From Narcine bancroftii (Eukaryota): 64,000 nt of DNA. This document shows, one piece after another, positions 39,614 to 50,310 of the stretch. A model generated the notes under the pieces. It was not told the origin of the DNA, made no database searches, and saw nothing but the letters and a program-made list of their open reading frames with translations. Every line of letters starts with the position of its first letter. The first letter of the stretch is position 1. Position numbers and translations under genes: made by a program. Where the stretch lies: NCBI RefSeq assembly GCF_036971445.1, contig NC_091472.1:91822001-91886000 (forward strand), read 5' to 3'.

Positions 39614-39816
39614 CACATTCCTTCCACTGACTGGTGCTTGTCTGAAGAGGGGTCGGTGCATCCCGGCTGATTTAGCCGGACTCCTGGTCGCCGAGTGTCC
39701 GGCCGTGGACGTAGCGAGTGATATCCGAGAAGAGACGTTGAGAACAAAGGATGGGACAGCCATGCGAGTGACATGCTGGGAAGGCTCGACAGCCGGGTAA
39801 GACTGATTTATCCACC

Positions 39817-41570
39817 ATGGGTGGGGGAGGGAGCAAAAAGAAAGGTCCGAGTACAGAACCGATTGAGAGAATTCCCCCGGGAAGCCCATTGGGGAGGCAA
39901 CTGATGAATTGGGGTGCGGGAAGGACCCGCGGGAAAAATAAAAAGAAAATGATTCGGTATTGTTGTCATGAGTGGCCCAAGAATCCAATTAAAGGGTCTT
40001 TAGTATTTTGGCCAATATACGGTTTGGATGAGGATTGGGTATGTCAGGCACTGAATACGTGGCTTTATGAAAATAGACCCGATGACTCCGAGAGCAGGGA
40101 TTACGCTGCCTGTTGGTTATTTGTAGAATCGAACCAAATGGTGATGACTACAAGGGATCCGGCAAAACCTAAGGAACCGGAGCCTTCGGCTCCTCTTCCT
40201 GAAAAATGGGACCCCTTACAGGCATTACCTCCTCCATATCCCGAGCTGGCTCCTCCGCTGCCCCCTCTTCCTCCCCGCCCACTTTATCCTCCCCTCCCAA
40301 TGTCGTCCACTTCACCCCTCCCCCCCACACCTTGTTAATGAAAATGAACAGAAGAATGTAGTTAGGACCAGATCACAGGCTAAGCGTCCTCCACCACCCC
40401 TTACTCCCCAGGTTGGTGACCCAGATTGTATTGGATTGTCGGAGGAACAGTGTGAAACCCTCTGTGAGGAGGAAGCCGGGGAGTTTGATTTGAGTCCTAG
40501 ACGACAGAAGGGGGACCCCGCCCTACCAGGGGGTCGGGGATCGGACCCGCACCAGGCGTGAATGTGTCCCCTTCGTGAAGTGCCCCTGGGAGGTCCAGGA
40601 GGTGCGATGGGATTTGTTAACGTCCCTCTAACAAGTAAGGAAGTGAGGAATTTTAAACAAGAAATGAAGTCCTTGATAGAGGACCCCCAGGCTTGTGCAG
40701 AACAATTGGATCAGTTTTTGGGGCCAAATATTTACACCTGGGATGAATTGATGTCCATATTTAAGGCTTTGTTTACTCTGGACGAGAGAGGAATGATTAG
40801 ACAGGCGGGAATTAGAGTATGGGATTGGGAACATCAAGGAGGTCCGGGGGCTGTGGCGGGGGAGGATAAGTTCCCCTTGGTTAATCCAAATTGGGATAAA
40901 GGAACTACTGAGGGTCGAACTTGGATGGAGGAGTATAGGGTTAATTTAATAAAGGGAATGAGGGAATCGGTACCCAAGGGACAAAATTTTAAAAAGGCAT
41001 TTGAGGTTCCTCAAGGCCCAGAGGAGACCCCCTCAGCCTTCTTGGCTAGATTGCGGGTGGCAATACAATAATACGGGGGGGCTGGATATAGAATCACCGG
41101 CCGATGAGCAGTTAGTTTTGACAGGATTTGTAATGAATTCAGCCCTGGACATAAGAGAGAAACTCCAAAAGACTGAGAATTTGCATGAACAGGGATTGTC
41201 ACAACTTCTACAAATAGCCTAGAGAGCCTATGTTCAAAGAAGTGAGGATAAGCAAAAAGGGAAGGCAAAGATTTTGATGCAGGCAGTGAAGCAAGTCATA
41301 GATGGACAGCAGGGAGGTCAAAGACGCCGGACCAACGGTCCGGGCAGATGGATGGGAATGAGTGAAAGAGGAGGGCCAGGATTTGAAGGATGGGATGAAC
41401 CCCAAGGTCCCCGTCCACGAGCGGGGGCCCCAAGAGGTGGTTCCAATAGAGGATGGCAAACAGGGCCCAAAGTTTGTTACTATTGTAAAAGAGAGGGACA
41501 CTTTAAGAGGGAATGTCCCCAGAGGATTAGGGGCACGTGGTCCTATGTTTTGATGGAAGAGGAAGATTAG
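39817..41570 (+). pseudogene. gag: ERV gag (MA-late domain-CA-NC), disrupted
   Basis: MG start (myristoylation), PSAP and PPPY late motifs, CA 'QGPEETPSAFLARL' and a single CCHC knuckle 'CYYCKREGHFKREC'. Frameshifts and stops at ~40338, 40560, 41071 and 41220. Confidence 0.92.
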
Positions 41571-44500
41571 GGAAGTCAAGGTTCTCTCGTAAGGAGTGCC
41601 GTGGGGCTGCTTGGAGAACCATTAGTAAACTTAAGCATAGGACCCCACGAAGAGGACGTGATTTTTATGGTAGATTCGGGAGCAGCTCGTTCTAGTATTC
41701 TAGCCAAACCCAAAGGAACGGTGCCTAATGGGAAAGTAGTTATTTCAGGGGTTGGGGGATCGGATTTTGAGGTTCCAGAATTAAAAGGCCTCAGAATACA
41801 GATGGGAAGAAAAGTGATAGAAGGAGATATTTTACTAGTTCCCCAAGCAGGAGTCTGCCTGCTGGGACGGGATTTGCAAGATCTATTGGGTATTGGGACC
41901 CGGCCTCAAGGAAAGGGAATTGGAGTTCAGTTCTACATGTTGACACAAGAAGATCGCGAGCTGATTGACCCCAAGGTATGGGCGAGAAAAGGAAACGGGG
42001 GGGGGGCTTGATGTACCTCCTCTTCAGGTCACGTTGAAAGACCCCACTCAGATAGTTAGACGAAAACAATACCTAATCCCAATGGAGGGAAGGAAGGGAC
42101 TGCAACCCGTGATTGATCAACTATTATTGGATGGGTTACTCGAACCCTGTATGTCCCCCTTTAACACCCCAATACTGCCAGTATGAAAACCAGACGGTAC
42201 TTATCGGCTGGTACAAGACCTACGAGAATTAAATAAGGTGATTTTGGCCCGATACCCCGTTGTGCCTAATCCTTATACAATTATGGGAAGAATAAATCCG
42301 AATAGTGAATGGTTCAGTGTGATAGACCTGAAAGATGCCTTTTGTGCTTATCCTCTGGATGAGGGCAATAGGGACATGTTTGCATTTGAATGGGAGAACC
42401 CGTATACTGGGCGAAAGAACCAGTATCGCTAGACAGTTCTTCCACAAGGCTTCACAGAGTCCCCTAACTTGTTTGGCCAGGTATTAGAACAAGGGCTGGA
42501 TGAAGCTCCAAAAAGACCAGACTGTCAATTAATACAGTATGTAGATGACTTATTAATCACGGGAGAAGGACAAGAGACTATTAAACAGTATACAGTAGAT
42601 ATGTTAAATTTCTTAGGAAACAAAGGATTGCGGGTTAGTGAGATGAAGTTACAATTCATACAGCCAGAAGTAAAATACTTGGGTCACTTAATTAGTCAGG
42701 GAAGCAGACGTATCAGTCCGGAAAGAGTACGCGGAATTCTGCAGGTCCCTCCTCCCAAGGACGCTTGTGAACTTAGGAAGTTTCTGGGCTTGGTGGGATA
42801 TTGCCGAATTTGGATAGAAAATTATTCTAGTTTGGTAAAATTTTTGTATGATAAGTTAGCTGGCCTAGATAATTCTCTTGCTGTCTGGACAGAGGAAGAA
42901 ATGGAGGAATTTAAGAGGATAAAGAGTTGTCTTGCCAAGGCTCCAGTGTAGGCATTACCTGATTTGAATAAACCATTTGACTTATTTACTAATGCAAAGG
43001 ATGGGGCAGCTACGGGTGTATTGACCCAGGAGCGAATGGGGCTCTGGCAACCAGTGGCGTTTTTGTCCAAGGTATTGGACCTAGTTTGCCACTGATGGCC
43101 GGAGTGTGTCCAGGCTATTGCTGCCACCGCTGTCCTGGTAGAAGAGAGTCGTAAGATTACCTTTGGTGCACCAATGACTGTCCATACCCCGCACACCGTC
43201 TGAACTATTCTGTTACAGCGTGCGGGGAAGTGGTTGACTGATTCGAGAATTCTAAAATATGAGGCAATTTTGATGGACCGAGATGACTTGACGCTGGTTA
43301 CTAATCGGGACCAGAATCCAGCAGCCTTCTTAGTCTCTCCACTAATTGAGGCAACTTCTGACCAGTTAGAACATGAATGTCTGGAAGTAATAGATTTGCA
43401 GACTAAGATCCGGAGCGATCTAGGGGATGAGTCTCTATGTGAGGGAGAGAGATGGTTTATAGATGGTTCTTCTCGTTGTATAGACAGAACCCGTTACAGT
43501 GGATATGGCATAATGAATGGCAAGGATGGTTCTGTTATCGAAGCTGGTCGCCTCACTGGTCTCTGGTTGGCTCAGACATGTGAATTATATGCGCTGTATC
43601 GAGCCCTCCAGGGGCTACAGGGGAAAGTAGGAACAATTTACACTGATTCTAAATATGCTTTTGGAGTTGTACACACCTTTGGAAAAATTTGGAAGGAATG
43701 AGGGTTGATTTCAGGAAAGGGCCAAAAATTAGTCCATGAAAATTTAATAATCAAATGTTTGGATGCTTTAATGCTGCCTAAGGAGGTGGCTGTGGTCCAT
43801 GTCCGTGGACATCAGATAGGGGAAAGCCCCGAAGCCCGAGGTAACAGACAGGCAGATGAGGTCGTAAAGGAGGCATCCATGGGAGAGACTATACAAATAT
43901 ACGTGTTGTTACACGTACCCCGGGAGTTACAGAAAAATCCTATTTTTACCGAGGCAGAGCAGAGGCAGATGGAGACACAGGGGATGTATAAAACCCGAGA
44001 TGGACTGTGGTGGACAACAGGTGGGTTACAAGTATTAAGTCTGGCAGTAGCAAGACAGGTTATAACTGGACTCCATCTGCAATCGCACTGGGGAACACAG
44101 GCATTGGTTGATGCCTTTAGTAGCCGATACTATTGCTTTGGTATTTATACCCTCGCTAAGCAAAGTGTTCAGGGGTGCCCCCTCTGTCAATGGGTAAATA
44201 AAGCCTCCATGCGTAAGTCCATGAGTGGAGGTCGTGGCCTGACTGTGCGCCCCTTCCAGCACATGCAGGTTGATTTCACTGAATTACTCAGGTCCGGTAA
44301 TTATAAGTACCTGTTAGTAATGATGGACCACTTTACCCGTTGGGTTGAGGCCTTTCCTACTTCAAATGAACGAGCCGGAACAGTGGTTCGATTAATTTTA
44401 GAGCAGATAATTCCACGATACGGAATTATCGAGACCATTGACTCGGATAGAGGACCGCACTTTACGTCTCGTGTGCTGCAGGAGGTCTGTAGATTTTTGG

Positions 44501-45126
44501 GCATAGATTGGCAATTACATACCCCATGGCATCCTCAGAGCTCAGGACAAGTAGAAAGTATGAATCAGACGCTTAAACTTCAGCTCACCCGCCTGTGTGC
44601 TGAGACAGGTCCCTCCTGGCTTAAATGTTTACCCCTAGCTTTGATTCGTATTCGCACCGCTCCCTGTCGTGATGTTGCCGTCTCCCCGTATAAGATGATG
44701 TTCGGCCTTCCTTATCTTGGCTCCCATACAGACGTCCCAATCCCGCAGGCAAATGAACAATTTATATCTAAGTATCTGCAGGAATTTTCCACCACGTTGG
44801 CTGATCTGAGAAGAAGAGGGATTCTAGCACAGACGCCGCCTTTGGAATTGCCCATACATACCATTCAACCCGGTGACTGGGTATTGATAAAGAGTTGGAA
44901 AGATGTTAAATTGATGACAACCTGGGATGGTCATTTTTGTGTCCTTCTTGTTATAGACAGTGCAGTTCGCACTCGATAAAAGGGTTGGACGCATGTTCAG
45001 CGAGTAAAGCGGTATCGTTTGCCCCCCGAGACTCACGAGGACCCACAGGACTCCGAATGGTGGTCCGAGTTACACCCCGATAGAGTTAAATTGACTTCGC
45101 GAAAGAAGGATCCAAGAAAATGTTAA
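41571..45126 (+). pseudogene. pol: ERV pro-pol (PR, RT, RNase H, IN), disrupted
   Basis: In frame after the gag TAG (TAG GGA AGT CAA GGT, gamma-type readthrough context). PR 'VDSGA', RT 'LPQG'/'YVDD', RNase H 'FIDGSS..TDSKY', IN 'HHCC' and 'VDF..DSDRG..VE'. About 8 stops or frameshifts. Confidence 0.93.
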
Positions 45127-46058
45127 AAATGTGTCTTTTACTCTCTATTGTGGGGATGGGTTGTTTCATTGCTGCTGTTAGACCAACCGATGTTACAAGC
45201 TGTGTGAAAGATAATTGTAAGAGGACTACCTTACCCCTCTGTTCCCAGCTGGGTTGTGAAAAGTCCTACTGGATACGGGGCAGCACTGAGGGAGGTGAAA
45301 AGGGAGGTGGAATGAGACAGGAGAGGATCTTTGAGGCTTGGTCGAATGTGCCAGTCCAATGCGCAGCAAATTCTACCTTTAAGCTTTGCTCCTTCGGGGG
45401 CAGGACGCTCATGGCTCTTTGGTGTCGTGGGGGCGGTGGGTCTCGTGGCTGTCCACCCCGGGGCCGGATATGTATGTTTCCTGGCTTCGGCAATCCAGGG
45501 GACCCCTTAGTTCGAACGGCAACATACCTGGAACTGGAAACGACCATGGCTCCAACTACCACCTTCCCAGATGGAGTCCGTAGGAGCCTGTATGAGAGGG
45601 CCAGGAAACAGGCGAATAGACACAGACTTGGGGATAACTTATGGGTTGATTTACATCAGCTTACAGTTCAGGAGCTTGGGGTCCGCAACTGTTGGATTTG
45701 TAGTGGTCCAACCCGGGACGGCACATGGCCATGGAGGGGAGAGCCGTTAGATGATCGAACCCTCCTCGCTTCTAACCTGTCTGCTGGTACTTCCAACCGG
45801 TCCCGTGAGTCTTGGAAATTGGAGAATCACCCCCGGGGTTTTAAGTGCTTGATGAAGGACCATGGCAGCCACCCAAAGGGCGACTCGGCTTGCCACAGGT
45901 GGAAGAATGTTACCAGCAGTGCTTGGGGTCCGACCCCATTCACTCCTTTCTTATCGCCTTCTAATAGGTCTGATACTGCATGTGTGCCCTTGTCTCCTAG
46001 TACTTCTTGCCTTAATACTGATCCCTTGCATCCTTCCTTGCCTCCAGTGTTTGGTTAG
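45120..46058 (+). CDS. env: ERV env SU-only ORF (312 aa); internal deletion removes most of TM
   Basis: Hydrophobic N-terminal signal-like peptide and 'NCWIC' CXXC motif; no furin-TM/ISD/CX6CC block. The TM anchor and tail survive out of frame at ~45990-46125 (LLVLLALILIPCILPCLQCLVRRAV). Confidence 0.8.
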   Translation: MLKMCLLLSIVGMGCFIAAVRPTDVTSCVKDNCKRTTLPLCSQLGCEKSYWIRGSTEGGEKGGGMRQERIFEAWSNVPVQCAANSTFKLCSFGGRTLMALWCRGGGGSRGCPPRGRICMFPGFGNPGDPLVRTATYLELETTMAPTTTFPDGVRRSLYERARKQANRHRLGDNLWVDLHQLTVQELGVRNCWICSGPTRDGTWPWRGEPLDDRTLLASNLSAGTSNRSRESWKLENHPRGFKCLMKDHGSHPKGDSACHRWKNVTSSAWGPTPFTPFLSPSNRSDTACVPLSPSTSCLNTDPLHPSLPPVFG

Positions 46059-46194
46059 ACGAGCCGTTCGACAAATCAGTCCCATTATGGTTCTGCAACA
46101 ACAGAAGCGGCAGAGAACCTTCTGAAACTATGGGAAAAAGATACTTCTATTATTTAGACAAGTTTGAAAGCGTAGCTCTTTTTAAGGGGTGGAT

Positions 46195-46690
46195 TGTAGG
46201 AGTTTAGAAACAGTTATTATTTTAATGGTAGAAGTTCTGAAACAGTTATAGAAGGTAGAAAGAAAAAAAGCAAGGAAAAAGCTAAAATGTTCTTTGTGTA
46301 AAATGGCGCATGAAAAAGCAGAACAAAGTAAACAAGATAACAGAGGAATTTAAGCAGACATAGAAATATGCACGTGCACACAAAAAGCTTGTTTAATAGG
46401 GGGTGGGGAAAAGGAGGTGTGAGCACGGGATAAGAGAAAGTTGGAGTCAGTTAAGAGTCAGACGAATAGGGAAAAGTGCCAAACCAATCCAAGAAGGACA
46501 AACATAAGACAAACGTAAGGGGAGGTGAAGTGAAAATTGTATAAAAACAAAGAGGCTTCCCGCCCTCGGGGTACTTTCCCGAGGTAAGGGGAGAGTACCC
46601 AACCTTGCAATGTTGTAAATATAAATAAATGTTCTTTGTTCTCAACTTTTGTCTCGAGCATATTTTGTGAACGCTAAGGCACTTCTCACA
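46195..46690 (+). repeat. 3' LTR of class I ERV
   Basis: Follows PPT 'aaggggtggat'; intact AATAAA at 46624-46629. Confidence 0.95.
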
Positions 46691-47699
46691 ATACCATTGC
46701 GTCAACTATGTAAACATTGCACATTGCAAACTGTGAGATGATGTCAAAGTTCAGCTTTATTGGATTAAATAGCAAGATGTGTAGAGCAAAGTTATCAAGC
46801 AGAAAAATTAAACATAGCTCAATAAAGAGTTGTCCAGGCGCAGACATGTAGTGTAAAGTTTTAAAACTAACAGTGCAAATGTACAATCATAGTGGCCTGG
46901 CTGTGGCTATTCACTGTGCATTAATGCCACGTGCATTTTACATCTGATGTAAACATTTGCTGATTAAATGCCTTAACTTCTGTACTTGTGCCTCGATAAT
47001 GTTACAAATCTAATAATAATGTTGCATCTGACACCAGCGCATATCAGACATTTAACAAGACAAACATGTGAACCATTTCCTGGCACTCATGCTCAATGCA
47101 GAGAATCGGTAAAAAGTAATACACAATAAGTCAAACATAATACAAAACACAGCGTTTGGTCCATTATCTGACCCATGCATTATCTCAATCCGCCCCCCCC
47201 CCAACCCCAGAGCAATAGCTTATAAACCTCAATACACTTATGTGTTGCAGCAATGAGACACAGCATAAGAACACATTTGTTTTGCCCACACCACTGTGTG
47301 CCTGTGTCCCCACGTAAACATATTACATGCTAATAATATGCAACACTGCGCATTAAGAAGTATGATGCACAGGAATTTGAAATGCAAAAATCTCATTTAC
47401 TGACCGCAACGGCACTGCTGAGAGGATGAGGGGAGGGGTAAAGGATGTAGACAATTTCCCCTTGGGACTGTTTGGCAACCAGTGGGAATGACCTGCTGTG
47501 GGGTGGCCTGCAGGTAATGGGTGAATTGCAGTTGAGACTGCATCAGGACAAGGGGGGAGGTGGCTGCTGGGAGGGTGATGTGGGGGGGGGGAAAGGGTGG
47601 GGGGGAATGTGAAGGGGCTGCTACTGAGATCTGAACATATATACACTGGAGGATTTCATTAAGCACAGAATTTCACACATGACACAGGGGAGGGCTGGA

Positions 47700-50310
47700 T
47701 TTTGGATAACTCTGGGACTGGGCCCTAGGTCTGTGGGAAGGACATGACCTGCTCGTGGAGCAGCTGACCCTTCTGGTCCAGGCTTGGCTCGGTCTGTGAT
47801 ATACCATTTCCACTTAACTATAGATGGCCATTGGACACGGCCTTTTTGTGGGTGGAATTGGAGGATTTAACCTACCGCATACGGGTAGGTGAGGGTGGAG
47901 AATGACAGGGTCAGCGCTGGTTAGGTGTTCAGTAGCAAGGAGCGCCAGGTAGCAGGCAAGTAGCTGGTGCTCAAATGGGCTATACCGAGCAGCAGCTTCA
48001 GGCAGAGACTTTGTCCAGAAGCCCAGTGGAGCTTTTGCCAGAGGCTCCATTCAACTCTTGTCTCTCTCACTGAAACCTGCATCTCAAAAGGAAGACCTGC
48101 ATGTCTGGGAGCAAGGGGTAATGCTTGTTCATCAGCTTGCTTTGCTGTGTCAAAAGCAGCCTGTTGTTCAGGTCCCCATGGGAAGGAGGCCTTTTTACGG
48201 GATATCTTATATAGTGGACTAAGGATCATGGTAAGGTGGGGCATATGCTGTCTCCAATAACCCAGCAGATCCACAAAATTCTGGGTGCCTGTTTTACTAG
48301 TGGGGACAGCAAAATTTAAAATCTTGTTTCTGGCTGACTCTTGTGTTCTGAGTGCCATTGAATGCACAGGAAATGGACTTCACAGATGGGCCCCTGAAAT
48401 TTGTGCATATTAATAGTCCATCCCCTATCTCACAGGGAATTCATTGGTATTTGAATGATCTCAGATGGTCCATAAAGAAGGACTCATCAATGTAATGGAC
48501 AATTGACACCTCAATTGGGGGGGGGGGGGGGTCGATTGACTGTAGTTCTTCAGTGATTAGGCTATGACAGATGGTGGGGCTGTGTTGGTAACCCTGAGGG
48601 AGTCTGCAGAAAGTGTGTTGTGTATTCCATGTGAATGCAAATTGGTCCTGAGCCTTTGGATGTAGGTGGATGGAGAAGAAAGCTGCTAAATCACTACTGC
48701 ATACCAGGGCTTATCTGGGCGGGCTGTCACATCCTCTACTAAGGTGATAATGTCTTGGACAGCAATAGCTATTTTATTCAATTGCCTGAAATCAACAGTC
48801 ATCTTCCAGGGGCCATCTTTTCTCTGGACTGCCCAGATAAGGCTATTGAAGGGAGAGGCTGTGGGTTTGATGACACTCAACTGCAGGGCTTCTGTGATAT
48901 CCCTGTCCCCCCCTCGGTACCTGGTAATGCCATGTATAGGCTATTTTGGAAGGGGGGGGGTGTATGACTATGGGCTCTTACTTAGCTGCCCCCATCACCA
49001 CTATTGCCTTTGCAACCCCGAAGGTGAATTGGCCCAAATTGATGCCTTGAATACATTCAGGCGAAGATGTGATGAGGACTGTGGTGGGTCTGCAGGATTT
49101 GTTTCCAATGGAATAGCCAGGATGGTGACTTCTTTCACGGGCAGGAGGGAGTCTCCCAGCCCCTCTATCTGCATAGGGGACCCCCTCCATTCCGCTGGGT
49201 TGCCCAGGATGATGGTGTGCTGTATGCCCACGTCAATGAGCACCATCCAGTGCTGTACATTGCCCTTTCCCCAAAGTACTGCTACGGGAATGTACGGCCT
49301 CAGGTCCCCTGGGTGGGAGAGGGCAGCAGAGTAAATGTGCTGGGGACCCTGGCCTCCATCCTATGGGAGAGGGTTGGGTGTCTGTCATGCACCATGGATA
49401 GGCTGATTATGCATGGCAAGCAGGAACATCTCCTGAAGCTGCTGCTGTTTAATCTCAGCTTTAATGGCTGGGGAGATGGGGTCAGGTGGGGCAGAGGATG
49501 TGACACCCTGGGCTGGCTGTGTGACACGATGGTTGGGGGCAATCCCAGTATCGGGCTTGCTTGCAGGGAGACCGCCAGTCTTCCCCTGGCCAAACTTTCC
49601 CCTACACAGCTCCTTCCAGCACGCATATAGGGCAGGTGTGGGGACTCCATCAATGCTTGTAGGTGAAGTATAACCTCTTATGTGGCACAGGGGGGCTCGG
49701 GTCCCAGGTCCTGGCTTCTGCCTTACAGATTAGGGCGGCTGCCTCCCGTGGTATATACTCCAACCCTTCAAGAAGGGTGATAGCATCCCGAACTGTCTTC
49801 CCGGTAGTGGACCCCATGACAGGTAGGACAACTGACTTAACTTTGGGGGTTCTGGTGGTTACAAGGTGCCCCGCGAGTGTGGCTGTCACCCTCGTGTTTT
49901 CGATAAAGTTCTGGTCAATGGCCCCCTCGTAAATCCCATTGATCAGGGTCCACTCTCTGATGACCCTTGTACCCTCCTCTAATGTGGTCCAGTTTGGCCT
50001 CCTGTGGAAGTTCCACTCCAGGCAGGTGGGATACCCAACCTGTATGGCTGCAACCATGCATTCCCAGATGGATGATCCGTTCTAGATCTACTTCGGTGGC
50101 GCTCAGAAGGCATTGTTGACCGTCTGAGAGTTGGAGAGGTTCCCCAGGGCGCCGTCTTCCTGTTGGAAGAGGGCAATGTTGGAACCCCTCTCATCCCACA
50201 GTCTGAGCAGCCATGCAGCACGGTGCTCGCCTGGCCACTGGTGGTGTCAGTCTGCCAGCTGAGCGAGCTCCTTTGGGGAGAAATCCTGAGTTTTGGTAAT
50301 TTCCAAGTGG
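47700..50310 (-). pseudogene. ERV-L-like gag-pro-pol remnant (integrase missing)
   Basis: gag 'FSPKEL..WLLRLWDERG..WTTLEEG..TVRDA', protease 'DLRPYIPVAVLWGKGN..LIDVG..GNP', RT 'SPFNSLIWAVQRKDGPWKMTVDFRQLN', 'LPQGYQHSP', 'HYID', and tether 'PLGFWTKSLPEAAARYSPFEHQLLACY..KWYITDRAKPGPEG'. All parallel recalled HERV-L/MuERV-L sequences. Confidence 0.82.

Larger units (their letters stand above)
39097..46690 (+). mobile_element. Class I (gamma/epsilon-like, ERV1) endogenous retrovirus, near full length
   Basis: Two 496-bp TG..CA LTRs, 4-bp TSD ATAC (39093-39096, 46691-46694), tRNA-Pro PBS, PPT, and gag-pro-pol-env in order. Confidence 0.95.
37409..47660 (+). mobile_element. PIF/Harbinger DNA transposon (decayed transposase ~37640-39096 plus 46695-46713), split by the class I ERV; right end not defined
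   Basis: DDE motifs '[26 protein letters not shown]', 'WPGRTHDARML', 'GDPAYPL' and 'VVENAF..LKG'. Left end follows TAA at 37406-37408. The transposase C-terminus reads AIRDT|IASTM* across the ERV. Confidence 0.8.

Noticed and set aside
39359-39988. 209-aa antisense ORF across the ERV LTR/leader as a possible HBZ-like gene
   Set aside because: No recognisable motif; overlaps low-complexity LTR sequence, and the equivalent 3' LTR frame differs by indels.
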